This document shows positions 1 through 11,742 of a DNA stretch of 32,000 nt, one piece after another. The notes under the pieces were generated by a model. It was given only the letters and a program-made list of their open reading frames with translations, ran no database searches and was not told where the DNA came from. Position numbers and translations under genes: made by a program. Origin of the DNA: Candidatus Saccharimonadota bacterium (GTDB taxonomy: Bacteria; Pseudomonadota; Gammaproteobacteria; Enterobacterales; Enterobacteriaceae); assembly GCF_964059045.1 (NCBI RefSeq), contig NZ_OZ060402.1, positions 510,001 to 542,000 on the forward strand, given 5' to 3'. Each line of letters begins with the position of its first letter. Position 1 is the first letter of the stretch.

Positions 1-372
1 AGTAATACGAACAGCTATTAAGGATGAATTACCTACTAACCAATATGGTATTGTATGCTTTGCTGGTAATAATAATGTTGTATGACCGGGCCATAAAGAA
101 AAAAATTTCTTTTTATGTAATATTGAAATTTTATCTTCTAATAAATAAGGTTTTAATTGATGATAATTTGCTGCTACTAGTATAAAACCTTTTTTAATAC
201 ATCTATTTTTTAATTGAATTAATTTCATTACTGCTGATTTGTTATCTGGATCACAACCTAAACCAAATACAGATTCTGTAGGATAGGCTATAACATTATT
301 TTGACGTAATTGTTTTAAACTATCATATAAAGAAATAATATTACATTGATAATTATCATCACTATATTTCAA
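1..372 (-). CDS. tsaC: L-threonylcarbamoyladenylate synthase TsaC (YrdC/RimN), N-terminal ~124 codons; the 3' end runs off the window
   Basis: Hand translation of the reverse strand gives LKYSDDNYQCNIISLYDSLKQLRQNNVIAYPTESVFGLGCDPDNKSAVMKLIQLKNRCIKKGFILVAANYHQLKPYLLEDK...SLWPGHTTLLLPA...LIAVRIT. This is collinear with E. coli TsaC (VIAYPTEAVFGVGCDPD, KGLILIAANYEQLKPY, RWPGPVTFVFPA, LAVRVT). There is no ATG; the likely start is TTG at 372 (or ATT at 375), with an in-frame stop at 382-384. Not in the ORF track. It is divergent from def, as in E. coli. Confidence 0.85.
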   Translation of the reverse strand, partial: MKYSDDNYQCNIISLYDSLKQLRQNNVIAYPTESVFGLGCDPDNKSAVMKLIQLKNRCIKKGFILVAANYHQLKPYLLEDKISILHKKKFFSLWPGHTTLLLPAKHTIPYWLVGNSSLIAVRIT

Positions 373-609
373 AATATTCTCTTAATAAATAATTTTTAAA
401 TTATAATAAAAGATTATATTAATATGTTTAGTAAAAATTGAAAATAAAATATAAAAATATTCAATTAAATATTTTTAAAAATATATATCTCAATAAAAAT
501 AATATTTTATATATTCAATATAAAAACTAAAAAATTTAAGCTTTAAATTTAAATAAAAAAGTTTATAATAATTAATAATGATTATTAATTAAAACATATC
601 AAAATATCT

Positions 610-1110
610 ATGTCAGTCCTAAATCTATTATATTATCCAGATCCAGGTTTAAGAATAAAAGCTCAACCAGTTAAGATTTTCAACAACCAAATTAATAAAA
701 TTATACATGACATGTTTGATACAATGTATGCTCAAGATGGAATAGGGCTTGCTGCACCTCAAGTAGGTATAAATCTAAAAATAATTGTAATTAATATCAA
801 TCAAATGGAAGAAATAGTATTAATTAATCCTCAATTAATAGAATATTTTGGTAATTCTTATGTTGAAGAAGGATGTTTATCTATTCCTGATCAAAGATCT
901 AAAATAAATAGATCACAAACAATTAAAATTAAAGCAATCAACAAACAAGGTGAAAAAATTGAAATTATAGCATCATCTTTACTGGCAATTTGTATTCAAC
1001 ATGAAATGGATCATTTAGAAGGTAAATTATTTATTGATCATTTGTCTCTTATAAAAAAACAAAGAATAGAAAAAAAAATAAAAAAATTAATTAAATTAAA
1101 TAAAATATAA
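610..1110 (+). CDS. def: peptide deformylase
   Basis: 166 aa. The three deformylase motifs GIGLAAPQ, EGCLS and HEMDH are present. It lies immediately upstream of fmt, as in the def-fmt operon. Confidence 0.97.
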   Translation: MSVLNLLYYPDPGLRIKAQPVKIFNNQINKIIHDMFDTMYAQDGIGLAAPQVGINLKIIVININQMEEIVLINPQLIEYFGNSYVEEGCLSIPDQRSKINRSQTIKIKAINKQGEKIEIIASSLLAICIQHEMDHLEGKLFIDHLSLIKKQRIEKKIKKLIKLNKI

Positions 1111-1114
1111 AAAT

Positions 1115-2056
1115 ATGTTAAAAATAATATTTGCTGGTACACCAGAATTTGCTGCTCAACATTTAATCGCATTAATTAAGTCTCAATATGTTATTTCAGC
1201 TGTTATAACAAAACCTGATAAACCCTCTGGAAGAGGAAACAAAATAATTTTTTCAGCAGTTAAAACAATTGCAAAAAAATATAATATTCCATTATTACAA
1301 CCAGAAAAAATAAATAAAACAGTAGAACTATCTTTATATCATTTTCATGCTGATGTAATGATAGTAGTTGCCTATGGATTAATAATTACAGAAACGATAT
1401 TAAAGATGTTTCCTATTGGATGTCTAAATATTCATGCATCTTTACTACCTCGATGGAGAGGGCCTTCACCAATACAAAGTGCATTACTTCAAGGAGATAC
1501 ACAAACAGGAATTACTATTATTAATATGGATAATAAAATAGATACTGGAGATATTATTTATGCTATGAAATGTAATATTTTAAAAACAGATAATACAATA
1601 ACTTTAACAAAAAAATTAATTCAATTAGGTATTCAATCTATATTGATTACATTAGAAAAAATTTCAAATAATACATTTAATTATCAAAAACAAAAACAAT
1701 GTCAAGCGACTTATTCAAAAAAAATAACAAAAAAACATGCAAAAATTAATTGGAAAAATGATGCTGAAATATTAGATAGAATGATTCGAGCATATAATCC
1801 ATGGCCAATTAGTTATTTTATCATGAATAATATTCAAATAAAAATATTAGAAGCAAAAATTATAAAAAAAGATATCACAGAAAAAAAATCTATAGGAGAA
1901 ATTATTTCTATTGACTGCAAAGGTATAAATATACAAACAAAAAAAAATATCATACAAATAAAAAAAATACAATTTCCTGGGAAAAAAATAATTACAGTAA
2001 AAGATTTTATTAATGCTCACAAAAATTGGTTTAAACTAGGAATGATACTAAAATAA
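1115..2056 (+). CDS. fmt: methionyl-tRNA formyltransferase
   Basis: 313 aa (E. coli 315). N-terminus MLKIIFAGTPEFAAQHL and the NIHASLLPRWRGPSPIQ motif are present. It starts 4 nt after the def stop. Confidence 0.96.
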   Translation: MLKIIFAGTPEFAAQHLIALIKSQYVISAVITKPDKPSGRGNKIIFSAVKTIAKKYNIPLLQPEKINKTVELSLYHFHADVMIVVAYGLIITETILKMFPIGCLNIHASLLPRWRGPSPIQSALLQGDTQTGITIINMDNKIDTGDIIYAMKCNILKTDNTITLTKKLIQLGIQSILITLEKISNNTFNYQKQKQCQATYSKKITKKHAKINWKNDAEILDRMIRAYNPWPISYFIMNNIQIKILEAKIIKKDITEKKSIGEIISIDCKGINIQTKKNIIQIKKIQFPGKKIITVKDFINAHKNWFKLGMILK

Positions 2057-2095
2057 AATTAATAATGATAATAAAAATTATAATAATTATTCTTT

Positions 2096-2191
2096 AAAAT
2101 AATTGTACTGTAATTAAATAATCAAGATTAAAAAAATGGTATGAATACCATTTTTTTAATCTTGATTATTTAATTACAGTACAATTATTTT
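2096..2191. terminator. Perfect 96-bp palindrome (47-bp arms, 2-nt centre) whose core is a bidirectional intrinsic-terminator-like A7-stem-T7 unit, between convergent fmt and rplQ
   Basis: 2096-2142 is the exact reverse complement of 2145-2191, checked base by base. The centre reads aaaaaaatggtat-ga-ataccattttttt. It lies 40 nt after the fmt stop and 84 nt after the rplQ stop. Confidence 0.6.
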
Positions 2192-2274
2192 ATATATTAA
2201 AATACAAAATTAAATATATTAAATACTAAAAATTTTTATTAATTACAATATTAACTATTCATCAATAAAAAAAA

Positions 2275-2643
2275 TTATTTATTTTTTTCTCGGTCAATTA
2301 ATTCAATATAAGCTATTGGTGCATTATCACCTACACGAAATCCACATTTTAAAATACGAGTATAACCACCAAGTCTAGAAATATATCTAGGACCAAATGT
2401 TTGAAATAATTTTGAAACAATTTCATTATCTCTTATTTTAGAAAAAACTAATCTACGATGAGATATAGTATCTACTTTAGAAATGGTAATTAATGGTTCA
2501 ATAAACATACGTAATTCTTTTGCTTTCGATAAAGTAGTTTTTATAATTTCATGACGTAATAATGAACATGACATATTTTTAAACATAGCTTTGAAATGAC
2601 TTCTTTTTCGATTTAATTTTCTACCACTCTTTCGATGCCTCAT
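2275..2643 (-). CDS. rplQ: 50S ribosomal protein L17
   Basis: 122 aa starting [16 protein letters not shown], typical of L17. It is the last gene of the alpha operon, after rpoA. Confidence 0.97.
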   Translation of the reverse strand: MRHRKSGRKLNRKRSHFKAMFKNMSCSLLRHEIIKTTLSKAKELRMFIEPLITISKVDTISHRRLVFSKIRDNEIVSKLFQTFGPRYISRLGGYTRILKCGFRVGDNAPIAYIELIDREKNK

Positions 2644-2684
2644 AATAATACCCTTAATTATAAATATCTTATAAAATATGAATG

Positions 2685-3674
2685 TTATTCATCGACAACT
2701 GATAAAGGAGGCCAATCATCTAAATGCATTCCTAATGATAAATTTCTAGCTGCTAATACATCTTTAATTTCAGTTAAAGATTTTTTTCCTAAATTAGGAG
2801 TTTTTAATAATTCCACTTCAGTTCTTTGTACTAAATCACCTATATAATGTATTGATTCAGCTTTTAAACAATTAGCAGAACGAACTGTTAGTTCTAAATC
2901 ATCGACTAAACGTAATAAAAGAGGATCAACAATTGGTTTTTCTTCATGTACTTCTGGTACAAGAACATCTCTTAAATCTACAAATGCTTCTAATTGTTCA
3001 GATAATATTGTAGCTGCTCTACGGATTGCTTCTTCAGGATCAATTGTACCATTAGTTTTTATTTCAATAATTAACTTATCTAAATCAGTACGTTGTTCTA
3101 CCCGTGCTGCTTCTACATTATAAGAAATCTGATCTATAGGACTATAACATGCATCTACTAATAATCTTCCTATTGTTTTTTCATTATCTTCTAAAGAAAT
3201 TCTTGAATATGCTGGAATATATCCACGACCCCGTTGAACTTTAATTCTCATTTTTATTTCAGAATTCACGTCAGTCAAATGACAAATAATATGTTCTGGA
3301 TTGATAATTTCAACATCCGTATTATGTATAATATCAGAAGCTGTAACTAATCCAAAACCAGATTTATTTAATGTAATTATTACTTCATCTTTACTATACA
3401 ACTTTACTGCAAGATTTTTTAAATTTAATAAAATTTCAATTATGTCTTCTTGTATACCTTCTTTACTACTATATTCATGAAGAACTCCATCAATTTCCAC
3501 TTCCGTGACTGCACAACCAGGCATTGAAGAAAGAAGAATACGACGTAAAGCATTTCCAAGAGTATGTCCAAATCCTCTTTCTAATGGTTCAAGAGTAACT
3601 TTTGCATGTGTAGTATTTATTTGTTTGATATCTACCAATCTTGGTTTTAAAAAATCATTAACAGAACTCTTCAT
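2685..3674 (-). CDS. rpoA: DNA-directed RNA polymerase alpha subunit
   Basis: Near-identical to E. coli RpoA over long stretches ([66 protein letters not shown]). I place the start at the ATG at 3674 (MKSSVNDF, 329 aa as in E. coli), preceded by GAGGAA, rather than the TTG at 3686 used by the ORF track. Confidence 0.97.
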   Translation of the reverse strand: MKSSVNDFLKPRLVDIKQINTTHAKVTLEPLERGFGHTLGNALRRILLSSMPGCAVTEVEIDGVLHEYSSKEGIQEDIIEILLNLKNLAVKLYSKDEVIITLNKSGFGLVTASDIIHNTDVEIINPEHIICHLTDVNSEIKMRIKVQRGRGYIPAYSRISLEDNEKTIGRLLVDACYSPIDQISYNVEAARVEQRTDLDKLIIEIKTNGTIDPEEAIRRAATILSEQLEAFVDLRDVLVPEVHEEKPIVDPLLLRLVDDLELTVRSANCLKAESIHYIGDLVQRTEVELLKTPNLGKKSLTEIKDVLAARNLSLGMHLDDWPPLSVVDE

Positions 3675-3701
3675 GAATTTCCTCAATTCTATATTAATAT
3701 T

Positions 3702-4322
3702 TTATTTTGAATAAAGTTCAATGATCAAATGTTCATTAATTTCTGCAGATATATCAGTACGATCAGGAATTCTCTTAATATAGCCTTCCATTTTATGTAT
3801 ATCTACTACTAACCAACTTGGTTTTTCTCTACTCTCTGACAATTCTAAAGCTGCTTTAATACGAGATTGATTCTGCGATTTTTTGCGGATTGTTATAATA
3901 TCATTTTTAGATATTTGATAAGAAGCAATATTAACTAATTTAGAATTGACTAAAATTGATTTATGACTAACTAATTGTCTTGCTTCTGCACGTGTAGAAC
4001 TAAAACCCATTCGATATACTACATTATCTAATCGATCTTCTAATAACTGCAATAATTTTTCTCCTGTATTACCTTTTAAACGTGCAGCTTTTTTATAATA
4101 ATTTCTAAATTGTCTTTCTAAAATACCATACAATCTTTTAACTTTTTGTTTTTCTCTTAATTGAATAGCATAATCTGATAAACGAGGTTTTCTAGAACCA
4201 TGTTGACCAGGTGGGTGGTCTGCTCTACATTTTGAATCAAGAGTACGAAAACCAGACTTTAAGAATAAATCTGTACCTTCTCGTCTACTTAATCTTAATT
4301 TAGGTCCTAAATATCTTGCCAT
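3702..4322 (-). CDS. rpsD: 30S ribosomal protein S4
   Basis: 206 aa starting [24 protein letters not shown], the same length as E. coli S4. Alpha operon order. Confidence 0.97.
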   Translation of the reverse strand: MARYLGPKLRLSRREGTDLFLKSGFRTLDSKCRADHPPGQHGSRKPRLSDYAIQLREKQKVKRLYGILERQFRNYYKKAARLKGNTGEKLLQLLEDRLDNVVYRMGFSSTRAEARQLVSHKSILVNSKLVNIASYQISKNDIITIRKKSQNQSRIKAALELSESREKPSWLVVDIHKMEGYIKRIPDRTDISAEINEHLIIELYSK

Positions 4323-4352
4323 TATATTTTATTCCTATATCTAAAAATTGTT

Positions 4353-4760
<408 letters not shown>

Positions 4761-5117
4761 CTATTTCTTAATCGATTGCCGAGGACCCTTTCTAGTTCTA
4801 GCATTTGTTTTTGTACGCTGACCACGAACCGGTAGTCCTTTTCGATGTCTTAAACCACGATAACATCCTAAATCCATTAAACGCTTGATATTTAATGTTC
4901 GATCTCTTCTTAAATCTCCCTCTACAACAAATTTAGAAACTGCTTCTCGTAATAATTCTACTTGTGATTCTGACAAAGTAGAAATTTTTTTATTTTCAGC
5001 AATTCCTGTAGAAACACAAATTATCTTAGCACGAGTTTTTCCTATACCATATATTTCTGTTAAAGCAATAATAGCATGTTTATGATCAGGAATATTAATA
5101 CCTGCAATACGAGCCAT
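4761..5117 (-). CDS. rpsM: 30S ribosomal protein S13
   Basis: 118 aa starting [33 protein letters not shown] Shine-Dalgarno lies just upstream. Confidence 0.97.
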   Translation of the reverse strand: MARIAGINIPDHKHAIIALTEIYGIGKTRAKIICVSTGIAENKKISTLSESQVELLREAVSKFVVEGDLRRDRTLNIKRLMDLGCYRGLRHRKGLPVRGQRTKTNARTRKGPRQSIKK

Positions 5118-5209
5118 TACTTTACTCCTCGATATAATAATAAAAATAACAAATAAAAATAAAAAAATTTTAAATTATAATAAAATATTTTAACAATAAA
5201 AAAATTTTT

Positions 5210-5326
5210 TTAACCTTGACGTTGTTTATGTTTTGGATCATTAGTACAAATAACTCGAATAACATTTTTTCTACGTACAATTTTGCAATTTCTACATAAT
5301 ATTTTCACTGATGCTCGTACTTTCAT
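5210..5326 (-). CDS. rpmJ: 50S ribosomal protein L36
   Basis: Not in the ORF track because it is too short. Hand translation gives [38 protein letters not shown] plus TAA (38 aa), essentially E. coli L36. It sits between secY and rpsM as expected. Confidence 0.93.
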   Translation of the reverse strand: MKVRASVKILCRNCKIVRRKNVIRVICTNDPKHKQRQG

Positions 5327-5369
5327 TATTATTCCTCAAAAATTAACAACAATTAAAATATTTTAATTC

Positions 5370-6692
5370 TCAAAAATTAAAATTAGATTTTTTTAATATA
5401 GAATCATATTGATTCGACATAATCAAAGTTTGTAATTGAACAATAAAATCCATAATCACTACCACTACTATTAATAATGAAGTTCCACCAAAATAAAATG
5501 GAACATTCATAGCACTACGAAGAAATTCTGGAATAAGACAAATAAAAGTAATATATAATGCATTAATTAAAATTAGACGTAACATAATTTTATTAATATA
5601 TTTAGCAGTTTTTTCTCCTGGTCTAATTCCTGGTATAAAAGCTCCTGATTTCTTTAAATTATCAGCTGTTTCACGAGGATTGAATACTAATTCTGTATAA
5701 AAGAAACAAAAAAAAATAATAGTTATCACATACAAAATTAAATATACTGGCTGATTCGGTTGAAAATAAAATGTGAGAGATGATAACCAATAAAAATAAT
5801 TGATACCACTTAACCAAGATGTTATAGTCGCTGGAAATAACATTAAACTAGAAGAAAAAATAGCTGGAATTACACCAGACATATTCACTTTTAATGGCAA
5901 ATAAGTATTATTTGAAATATACATTCTTCTACCTTGTTGTTTACGAGCATAATGAACAACAATGTTTCTCTGACTTCTTTCAATAAAAACCACTAAAAAA
6001 GTTACTAAGAAAATTAATAATAAAACAATGCATAATGTAAAAATATTTAAATTTCCTTTTCTCACTTCTTCTAATGTATTTCCAACAGCACCAGGAAAAC
6101 CTACTAAAATACCTGCAAAAATTATAATTGAAATTCCATTTCCAACACCACACTCAGTAATTAACTCTCCTAACCACATTAAAAATATAGTACCTGTAAC
6201 TAAACTTAAAACAGCTAAAAAATAAAAATTAAAATTTGGGTTAATCACCAAATCCTGCATTCCAGGTATAAAAGGTAAACTAGTAGCAATACCAATCGAT
6301 TGCAACAAAGCAAGAAACAAAGTAGTATATCTTGTATATTGATTAATTTTTTGTCTACCTATCTCACCCTCTTTTTTTAAATCTTTAAATTTAGGATATA
6401 TTAATGTTAAAACTTGTAAAATAATAGAAGCTGAAATATATGGCATAATTCCTAAAGAAAAAACAGAAGCACGACTAAGAGCTCCACCAGAAAACATATT
6501 AAACATTTCAATAATTGTACCTTTTTGATTATCAATCAATTGGGACAAAACAATAGTATTAATACCTGGTATAGGAATAAACGCTCCGATTCGAAAAATT
6601 AATAAAGAAAGAATAACAAAATACAATCTTTTTTTTAATTCTGTTAATCCATGATTAACACTTGTATGATTTGTTCTTATTTTTTTATCCAT
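5370..6692 (-). CDS. secY: preprotein translocase subunit SecY
   Basis: 440 aa polytopic membrane protein (E. coli 443) with [11 protein letters not shown] and the [15 protein letters not shown] motif. It is the last large gene of the spc operon. Confidence 0.97.
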   Translation of the reverse strand: MDKKIRTNHTSVNHGLTELKKRLYFVILSLLIFRIGAFIPIPGINTIVLSQLIDNQKGTIIEMFNMFSGGALSRASVFSLGIMPYISASIILQVLTLIYPKFKDLKKEGEIGRQKINQYTRYTTLFLALLQSIGIATSLPFIPGMQDLVINPNFNFYFLAVLSLVTGTIFLMWLGELITECGVGNGISIIIFAGILVGFPGAVGNTLEEVRKGNLNIFTLCIVLLLIFLVTFLVVFIERSQRNIVVHYARKQQGRRMYISNNTYLPLKVNMSGVIPAIFSSSLMLFPATITSWLSGINYFYWLSSLTFYFQPNQPVYLILYVITIIFFCFFYTELVFNPRETADNLKKSGAFIPGIRPGEKTAKYINKIMLRLILINALYITFICLIPEFLRSAMNVPFYFGGTSLLIVVVVIMDFIVQLQTLIMSNQYDSILKKSNFNF

Positions 6693-6698
6693 GATATA

Positions 6699-7139
6699 CT
6701 ACTTAACCTCGATTATTTTACCACCTAATTCTTCAATTTTAGCACGAGCACCGCTTGTTATACGAAGACCTTGAATAGTAAGTGGTATATTAATCTCACC
6801 AGAAAGAATTATTTTTACATACTTAATATTACGATTTACTAAATTATAAAATTTCAATTTTTCTAAATCAATAATATCATCTGTAATGTTTTTTAATTCA
6901 CACAATCTAACTTCTGCTGTAATAGATTTTTTACGAGATACAAAACCAAATTTTGGAATACGACGATATAATGGCATTTGACCTCCTTCAAATCCACGAC
7001 GAATAGTACCACTAGATCTTGATTTTTGACCTTTGTGACCTCTACCAGCTGTTTTTCCAAATCCAGATCCTATTCCTCTACCTAATCGCTTTTTAGTTTT
7101 ATGAACATTTTTACAAATTGATATAGTATTTAAATACAT
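6699..7139 (-). CDS. rplO: 50S ribosomal protein L15
   Basis: 146 aa with [27 protein letters not shown] and [17 protein letters not shown]. Confidence 0.97.
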   Translation of the reverse strand: MYLNTISICKNVHKTKKRLGRGIGSGFGKTAGRGHKGQKSRSSGTIRRGFEGGQMPLYRRIPKFGFVSRKKSITAEVRLCELKNITDDIIDLEKLKFYNLVNRNIKYVKIILSGEINIPLTIQGLRITSGARAKIEELGGKIIEVK

Positions 7140-7143
7140 TAGA

Positions 7144-7326
7144 TTATTCCTTGTTAACGAATAACATGTAAGATACTTTTTTTATCATACCCTGAATAGA
7201 AAGAGTATTTTTTCGATATACACTATGTCCAATACGCTTTAATCCTAATCCTATTAAAGTAGCTTTATGTTTAGATAAACGACCTATTGAACTTTTTATT
7301 TGAGTAATTTTTATTATTTTATTCAT
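7144..7326 (-). CDS. rpmD: 50S ribosomal protein L30
   Basis: 60 aa starting [28 protein letters not shown]. spc operon position. Confidence 0.95.
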   Translation of the reverse strand: MNKIIKITQIKSSIGRLSKHKATLIGLGLKRIGHSVYRKNTLSIQGMIKKVSYMLFVNKE

Positions 7327-7329
7327 AAT

Positions 7330-7836
7330 CTAATTACCTAAAATATCATTTATAGATTTATTACGTTTAGCTGCTATCATATCTGGAGAACTCATATTTT
7401 CTAATCCTTTTATTGTAGCTCTAACAATATTAATCGGATTTGTTGAACCATAAGCTTTAGCTAATACATTATGAATTCCTGCTACTTCTAATACTGCACG
7501 CATAGCACCTCCTGCAATTATCCCAGTTCCATCAGAAGCTGGTTTCATAAATACACAAGAACCTGTATGCGAACTTTTTAAAGAATGTTGTAATGTTTTA
7601 TTTTTTAAAGGTATTGTTATCATATTTCTTCTTGCTTTTTCCATAGCTTTTTGAATCGCTGCAGGAACTTCTCGTGCTTTACCATAACCAAAACCTACTC
7701 GGCCTTCACCATTCCCAACTACTGTTAACGCTGTAAAAGAAAAAATACGACCTCCTTTTACAGTTTTTGAAACACGATTAACAGAAATTAATTTTTCTTG
7801 TAATTCATTACCTACATTTTTTTCTAAATTAGCCAT
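7330..7836 (-). CDS. rpsE: 30S ribosomal protein S5
   Basis: 168 aa with [49 protein letters not shown]. Confidence 0.97.
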   Translation of the reverse strand: MANLEKNVGNELQEKLISVNRVSKTVKGGRIFSFTALTVVGNGEGRVGFGYGKAREVPAAIQKAMEKARRNMITIPLKNKTLQHSLKSSHTGSCVFMKPASDGTGIIAGGAMRAVLEVAGIHNVLAKAYGSTNPINIVRATIKGLENMSSPDMIAAKRNKSINDILGN

Positions 7837-7851
7837 TTCAATTTTTTTACC

Positions 7852-8223
7852 TTAAAATCTGAGTCCAAATTTTCTCGCTGATTCTGCTAATACTTGAATT
7901 CTACCATGATATTGAAAACCAGAACGATCAAAAGAAACTACTGTTATTTTTTTATCTAATGCTCTTTCAGCAATAATTTGACCAAGCAATGCTGCTGATT
8001 CTTTGTTTCCAGTATATTTTAAAGATGAAAACAAACTTTTTTCTAACGTTGATGCTGAAACTAACACATTAGAATTATCTGCAGAAATAATTTGAACATA
8101 CATATGACGAGAAGTACGATGTACTACTAAACGAATCGTATGTAAATTTTTAAATTGACAACGTAAACGTCTTGCTCGACGCATCCTAGATACTTTTTTA
8201 CTAATTGCTGTATCAGATTTCAT
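7852..8223 (-). CDS. rplR: 50S ribosomal protein L18
   Basis: 123 aa with [16 protein letters not shown] and a [27 protein letters not shown]-terminus. Confidence 0.96.
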   Translation of the reverse strand: MKSDTAISKKVSRMRRARRLRCQFKNLHTIRLVVHRTSRHMYVQIISADNSNVLVSASTLEKSLFSSLKYTGNKESAALLGQIIAERALDKKITVVSFDRSGFQYHGRIQVLAESARKFGLRF

Positions 8224-8224
8224 C

Positions 8225-8761
8225 TTACTTCTTTTTAGCCTCTTTTATATTTATTATTTCGTTTTCATATCGAATGCCCTTTCCTTTATATGATTCAGGA
8301 ACACGATATGAACGTAAATTAGCAGCAACCTGTCCAACTAATTGTTTATCGGCTCCTCTTAAAATAATTTCATTTTGAGAAGGAAGTTCTGCATAAATAC
8401 CAGTAGGTAAAGTATATTTTATCAAATGCGAATATCCTAAAGACATATCAATTACATTATTTTTGTTTATAGTAATACGATATCCTACACCTAACAACTG
8501 TAATTTTTTACAAAAACCACGGGTTACACCTATTATCATAGATGCTACTAATGCTCTAATAGTACCTGCTTGAGCCCAACCATTAGAATGTTTTAATTTA
8601 TTTCTAAACGTTAACAAATTATTATTATAATGCACTTCAACACTATGATGAATCTTTTTAGTTAATGTAATTTTATTATTTTTAATTGTAATACTATATT
8701 GATTTAATATTACATCTACTTCAGGAGGAACAACAACAGGACACTTAGCAATACGAGACAT
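8225..8761 (-). CDS. rplF: 50S ribosomal protein L6
   Basis: 178 aa starting [17 protein letters not shown], with LLGVGYR and YKGKGIRY motifs. Confidence 0.96.
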   Translation of the reverse strand: MSRIAKCPVVVPPEVDVILNQYSITIKNNKITLTKKIHHSVEVHYNNNLLTFRNKLKHSNGWAQAGTIRALVASMIIGVTRGFCKKLQLLGVGYRITINKNNVIDMSLGYSHLIKYTLPTGIYAELPSQNEIILRGADKQLVGQVAANLRSYRVPESYKGKGIRYENEIINIKEAKKK

Positions 8762-8780
8762 TTTCCCTCCTAATCATTAA

Positions 8781-9173
8781 TTAAGCTATAGAACAAATAA
8801 TTTCGCCACCAAGCCCCATTTTACGAGCTAAATGATCTGTCATTAAACCTTTAGATGTAGAAATGATAGCAATACCTAACCCATCCATAATTTTTGGTAA
8901 TTTACTATTTTTTTTATATATTCTCAAACTAGGTCTACTAATACGTTTAATATTTACAATGACTGGTTTGCCACGAAAATACTTTAAATATATTTCAAGT
9001 TCTACAAGAGAAATATTATTTACACAATAATCTTTAATATATCCTTCTTCTTTTAAAACACGACCTATAGATTGTTTTAATGTAGAATGAGGCATTTTTA
9101 CTGAAATTTTATTAGCGATTTGTCCATTACGAATACGAGTTATCATATCAGATATAGGATCTTGCATACTCAT
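8781..9173 (-). CDS. rpsH: 30S ribosomal protein S8
   Basis: 130 aa starting [18 protein letters not shown]. Confidence 0.97.
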   Translation of the reverse strand: MSMQDPISDMITRIRNGQIANKISVKMPHSTLKQSIGRVLKEEGYIKDYCVNNISLVELEIYLKYFRGKPVIVNIKRISRPSLRIYKKNSKLPKIMDGLGIAIISTSKGLMTDHLARKMGLGGEIICSIA

Positions 9174-9209
9174 CTATGTTTTTCCTAATGTTTTATTTAT
9201 CATTATATT

Positions 9210-9515
9210 CTACCAACTAGATTTTCTTAAACCAGGAATTTCTCCTCTCATAGCAGCTTCTCTAACTTTCATACGACTTAAACCAAATTTTCTTAAAAAT
9301 GCATGTGGACGACCTGTTTGACTACATCTATTTCTTTGACGAGATGGACTTGAATCACGAGGTAATGTCTGTAATTTCAACACAGCTTTCCATCTATTTT
9401 CTTGAGATAAAGTTAAATTAGAAATAATAGCTTTTAATTTTTTTCTCTGAATAAAAAATTTAGTAGCTAGTTTAATACGTTTTACTTCTCTCGCTTTCAT
9501 TGATTCTTTAGCCAT
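9210..9515 (-). CDS. rpsN: 30S ribosomal protein S14
   Basis: 101 aa starting [13 protein letters not shown], with [32 protein letters not shown] and a C-terminal W. Confidence 0.97.
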   Translation of the reverse strand: MAKESMKAREVKRIKLATKFFIQRKKLKAIISNLTLSQENRWKAVLKLQTLPRDSSPSRQRNRCSQTGRPHAFLRKFGLSRMKVREAAMRGEIPGLRKSSW

Positions 9516-9547
9516 TTTAAATAAAACCTCATTTCTATCATAGAAAA

Positions 9548-10087
9548 TTACTTACGAAATGGAAAATTAAAAGCAGATAATAATTCTAAACCTTCATCAT
9601 CAGAATTAGCAGTAGTTGTAATTGTTATATCTAATCCACGAATATTATCAATTAAATCATAATTAATTTCAGGAAAAATAATTTGTTCACGAATACCCAT
9701 GCTATAATTACCTCTTCCATCAAATGATTTTTTTGATAAACCACGAAAATCACGAATACGAGGTATCGCAATATTAATTAAACGATTTAAAAAACTCCAT
9801 TTACGTTCCCCTCTTAATGTTACTTTACAACCAATAGGATATCCTTGACGAATTTTAAATCCTGCTACTGATTTTTTTGCTTTAGTAATATATGCTTTTT
9901 GACCAGAAATTAAAGCTAAATCTTTTACAGCATATTCTAAAATTTTTTTATCAACAGCTGCTTTTCCAACACCCATGTTCAAAGTAATTTTTTGTAATCT
10001 TGGAACTTGCATAGAAGAATGATAATTAAATTTTAACATCAAATTTTTTATTACAACTTTTTTATAATAATCATATGGATTGTTCAT
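9548..10087 (-). CDS. rplE: 50S ribosomal protein L5
   Basis: 179 aa with [15 protein letters not shown] and [34 protein letters not shown]. Confidence 0.97.
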   Translation of the reverse strand: MNNPYDYYKKVVIKNLMLKFNYHSSMQVPRLQKITLNMGVGKAAVDKKILEYAVKDLALISGQKAYITKAKKSVAGFKIRQGYPIGCKVTLRGERKWSFLNRLINIAIPRIRDFRGLSKKSFDGRGNYSMGIREQIIFPEINYDLIDNIRGLDITITTTANSDDEGLELLSAFNFPFRK

Positions 10088-10101
10088 GATACATCTCCAA
10101 T

Positions 10102-10416
10102 TTATTTAACTATTTTATTGTTAGATTTAAAAAATCTAACTTTATTACCATTTTCAAATCTAAAACCAATTCGATCCGGTTTTCCAGTTAAAGAATTAAA
10201 GATAGCAATATTAGAAATAGAAATATATGATTCTTTTTTTATAATTCCACCACTTTGATTACGAGCAGGAATTGGTTTTTGATGTTTAGTTACCAAATTA
10301 ATACCATTAATAATTACTTTTTTAGATTTTAAAACAAATTTTATAATTCCCTTTTTTCCTTTATCTCTTCCTTTTAATACAATCACTTCATCATTTTTTT
10401 TTATTTTAGCTGCCAT
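10102..10416 (-). CDS. rplX: 50S ribosomal protein L24
   Basis: 104 aa starting [23 protein letters not shown]. Confidence 0.96.
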   Translation of the reverse strand: MAAKIKKNDEVIVLKGRDKGKKGIIKFVLKSKKVIINGINLVTKHQKPIPARNQSGGIIKKESYISISNIAIFNSLTGKPDRIGFRFENGNKVRFFKSNNKIVK

Positions 10417-10431
10417 ACCAAATAACCTTAA

Positions 10432-10800
10432 TTATAATACTTCCGGAGCTAACGAAATAATCTTCATGAATTTTTCTGTTCTTAATTCTCTTGTTACTGG
10501 TCCAAAAATTCTGGTACCTAATGGTTGTTCATTATTATTAAGAATAACACAAGCATTACTATCAAAACGAATTAAAGAACCATCAGAACGACGAATCCCT
10601 TTTTTAGTTCTTACTACCACAGCTTTTAAAACATCTCCTTTTTTAACTTTGCTTCTAGGAATGGCTTCTTTAACTGTAATTTTAATCACATCCCCAATTT
10701 TAGCATATCGTTTTCTAGATCCACCTAAAACTTTAATACACATCGCAGATCTAGCTCCTGAATTATCAGCAATATTTAATACAGTTTGAGTCTGAATCAT
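10432..10800 (-). CDS. rplN: 50S ribosomal protein L14
   Basis: [17 protein letters not shown]...[12 protein letters not shown] matches E. coli L14 end to end. The start is placed at 10800 (MIQ), with GGAG 6 nt upstream. The ORF-track start at 10812 adds a non-homologous MEYM. Confidence 0.96.
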   Translation of the reverse strand: MIQTQTVLNIADNSGARSAMCIKVLGGSRKRYAKIGDVIKITVKEAIPRSKVKKGDVLKAVVVRTKKGIRRSDGSLIRFDSNACVILNNNEQPLGTRIFGPVTRELRTEKFMKIISLAPEVL

Positions 10801-10873
10801 CATATACTCCATAAAAAAATATTTTTGATGTTAAAAAAATAACAATATAATTGTTATATATAATGTAAAAACA

Positions 10874-11131
10874 TTAAGAAACATGTTTTTTAATTACACG
10901 TACCAATTTCCAAGATTTAGTTTTAGATATTGGACGACATTCACAGATTTCCACTGTATCACCTTCTTGACATTCATTGTTTTCATCATGTACATGTAAT
11001 TTAGTAGTACGCCTAATAAATTTATTATACAAAGTATGTTTGACTAATCGTTCGATTGTAACGACTATAGACTTTTGCATCTTATTACTTGTTACAGATC
11101 CATTTAATACACGACTATTTTTGGTTTTCAT
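10874..11131 (-). CDS. rpsQ: 30S ribosomal protein S17
   Basis: 85 aa with G.V.S.KM.KSIVV..ER.VKH..Y.KF. It is the last gene of the S10 operon. Its start overlaps the rpmC stop (ATGA). Confidence 0.96.
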   Translation of the reverse strand: MKTKNSRVLNGSVTSNKMQKSIVVTIERLVKHTLYNKFIRRTTKLHVHDENNECQEGDTVEICECRPISKTKSWKLVRVIKKHVS

Positions 11132-11319
11132 ATATTATTATTTTCACTTATTAATGTCTTTACTTGAGCAATATTACGCCTAACATTACGCAATAAATGA
11201 TATTTTTGTAATTTACCAGCAGATAATTGTATTTTTAAATTAAATTGTTCTCTAAATAAATCCAATAATTCTATTTTTAATTCTAATAAAGTTTTTTTTT
11301 TTAATTCAATACTATGCAT
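11128..11319 (-). CDS. rpmC: 50S ribosomal protein L29
   Basis: 63 aa, helical and Lys/Leu-rich, with [13 protein letters not shown]. Positioned between rplP and rpsQ. Confidence 0.93.
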   Translation of the reverse strand: MHSIELKKKTLLELKIELLDLFREQFNLKIQLSAGKLQKYHLLRNVRRNIAQVKTLISENNNI

Positions 11320-11326
11320 ATTTTTA

Positions 11327-11731
11327 TTACCTTTTTAATACAAAAGTAGTTTTGATTGGTAATTTAGCAGCAGCTAACCTAAAAGCTTCTCGTGATTGCT
11401 CTTCTGAAATTCCTTCAACTTCATATAATATTTTACCAGGTTGTACTAATGCGACCCAATATTCTACATTACCTTTTCCTTTTCCCATTCTAACTTCTAA
11501 TGGTTTTTGAGTAATAGGTTTATCTGGAAAAATACGAATCCACATTTTTCCTTGACGTTTAACAGCACGAGTGATTGTACGTCTAGCAGCTTCAATTTGG
11601 CGAGATGTCAAACGCCCTCTATCAACAGCTTTTAAACCAAAATCACCAAAAACAACATCCGTTCCTACTGCTAAACCACGATTCCGGCCTTTGTGCATTT
11701 TTCGAAATTTAGTCCGTTTTGGCTGTAACAT
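11327..11731 (-). CDS. rplP: 50S ribosomal protein L16
   Basis: 134 aa starting [21 protein letters not shown], with [23 protein letters not shown]. Confidence 0.97.
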   Translation of the reverse strand: MLQPKRTKFRKMHKGRNRGLAVGTDVVFGDFGLKAVDRGRLTSRQIEAARRTITRAVKRQGKMWIRIFPDKPITQKPLEVRMGKGKGNVEYWVALVQPGKILYEVEGISEEQSREAFRLAAAKLPIKTTFVLKR

Positions 11732-11742
11732 ATATACTCTCC

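Noticed and set aside
572-588. The palindrome ttaataat-g-attattaa just upstream of def, considered as a possible operator.
   Set aside because: The arms are 8 bp of A/T only, well within chance expectation for this spacer.
3675-3686. Upstream alternative starts given by the ORF track for rpoA (TTG at 3686), rplN (ATG at 10812) and tusC (ATG at 21611).
   Set aside because: Alignment to the E. coli N-termini ([42 protein letters not shown]) and the Shine-Dalgarno positions favour the internal ATGs at 3674, 10800 and 21593. These also reproduce the E. coli protein lengths.
10839-10857. A small hairpin (8-bp stem ataacaat/attgttat, 3-nt loop) between rpsQ and rplN, considered as the S10-operon terminator or spc-operon control element.
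   Set aside because: The stem is short and nearly all A/T, of a kind that occurs by chance in this composition. There is no adjacent U-tract on the minus strand, and the evidence is insufficient to annotate it.
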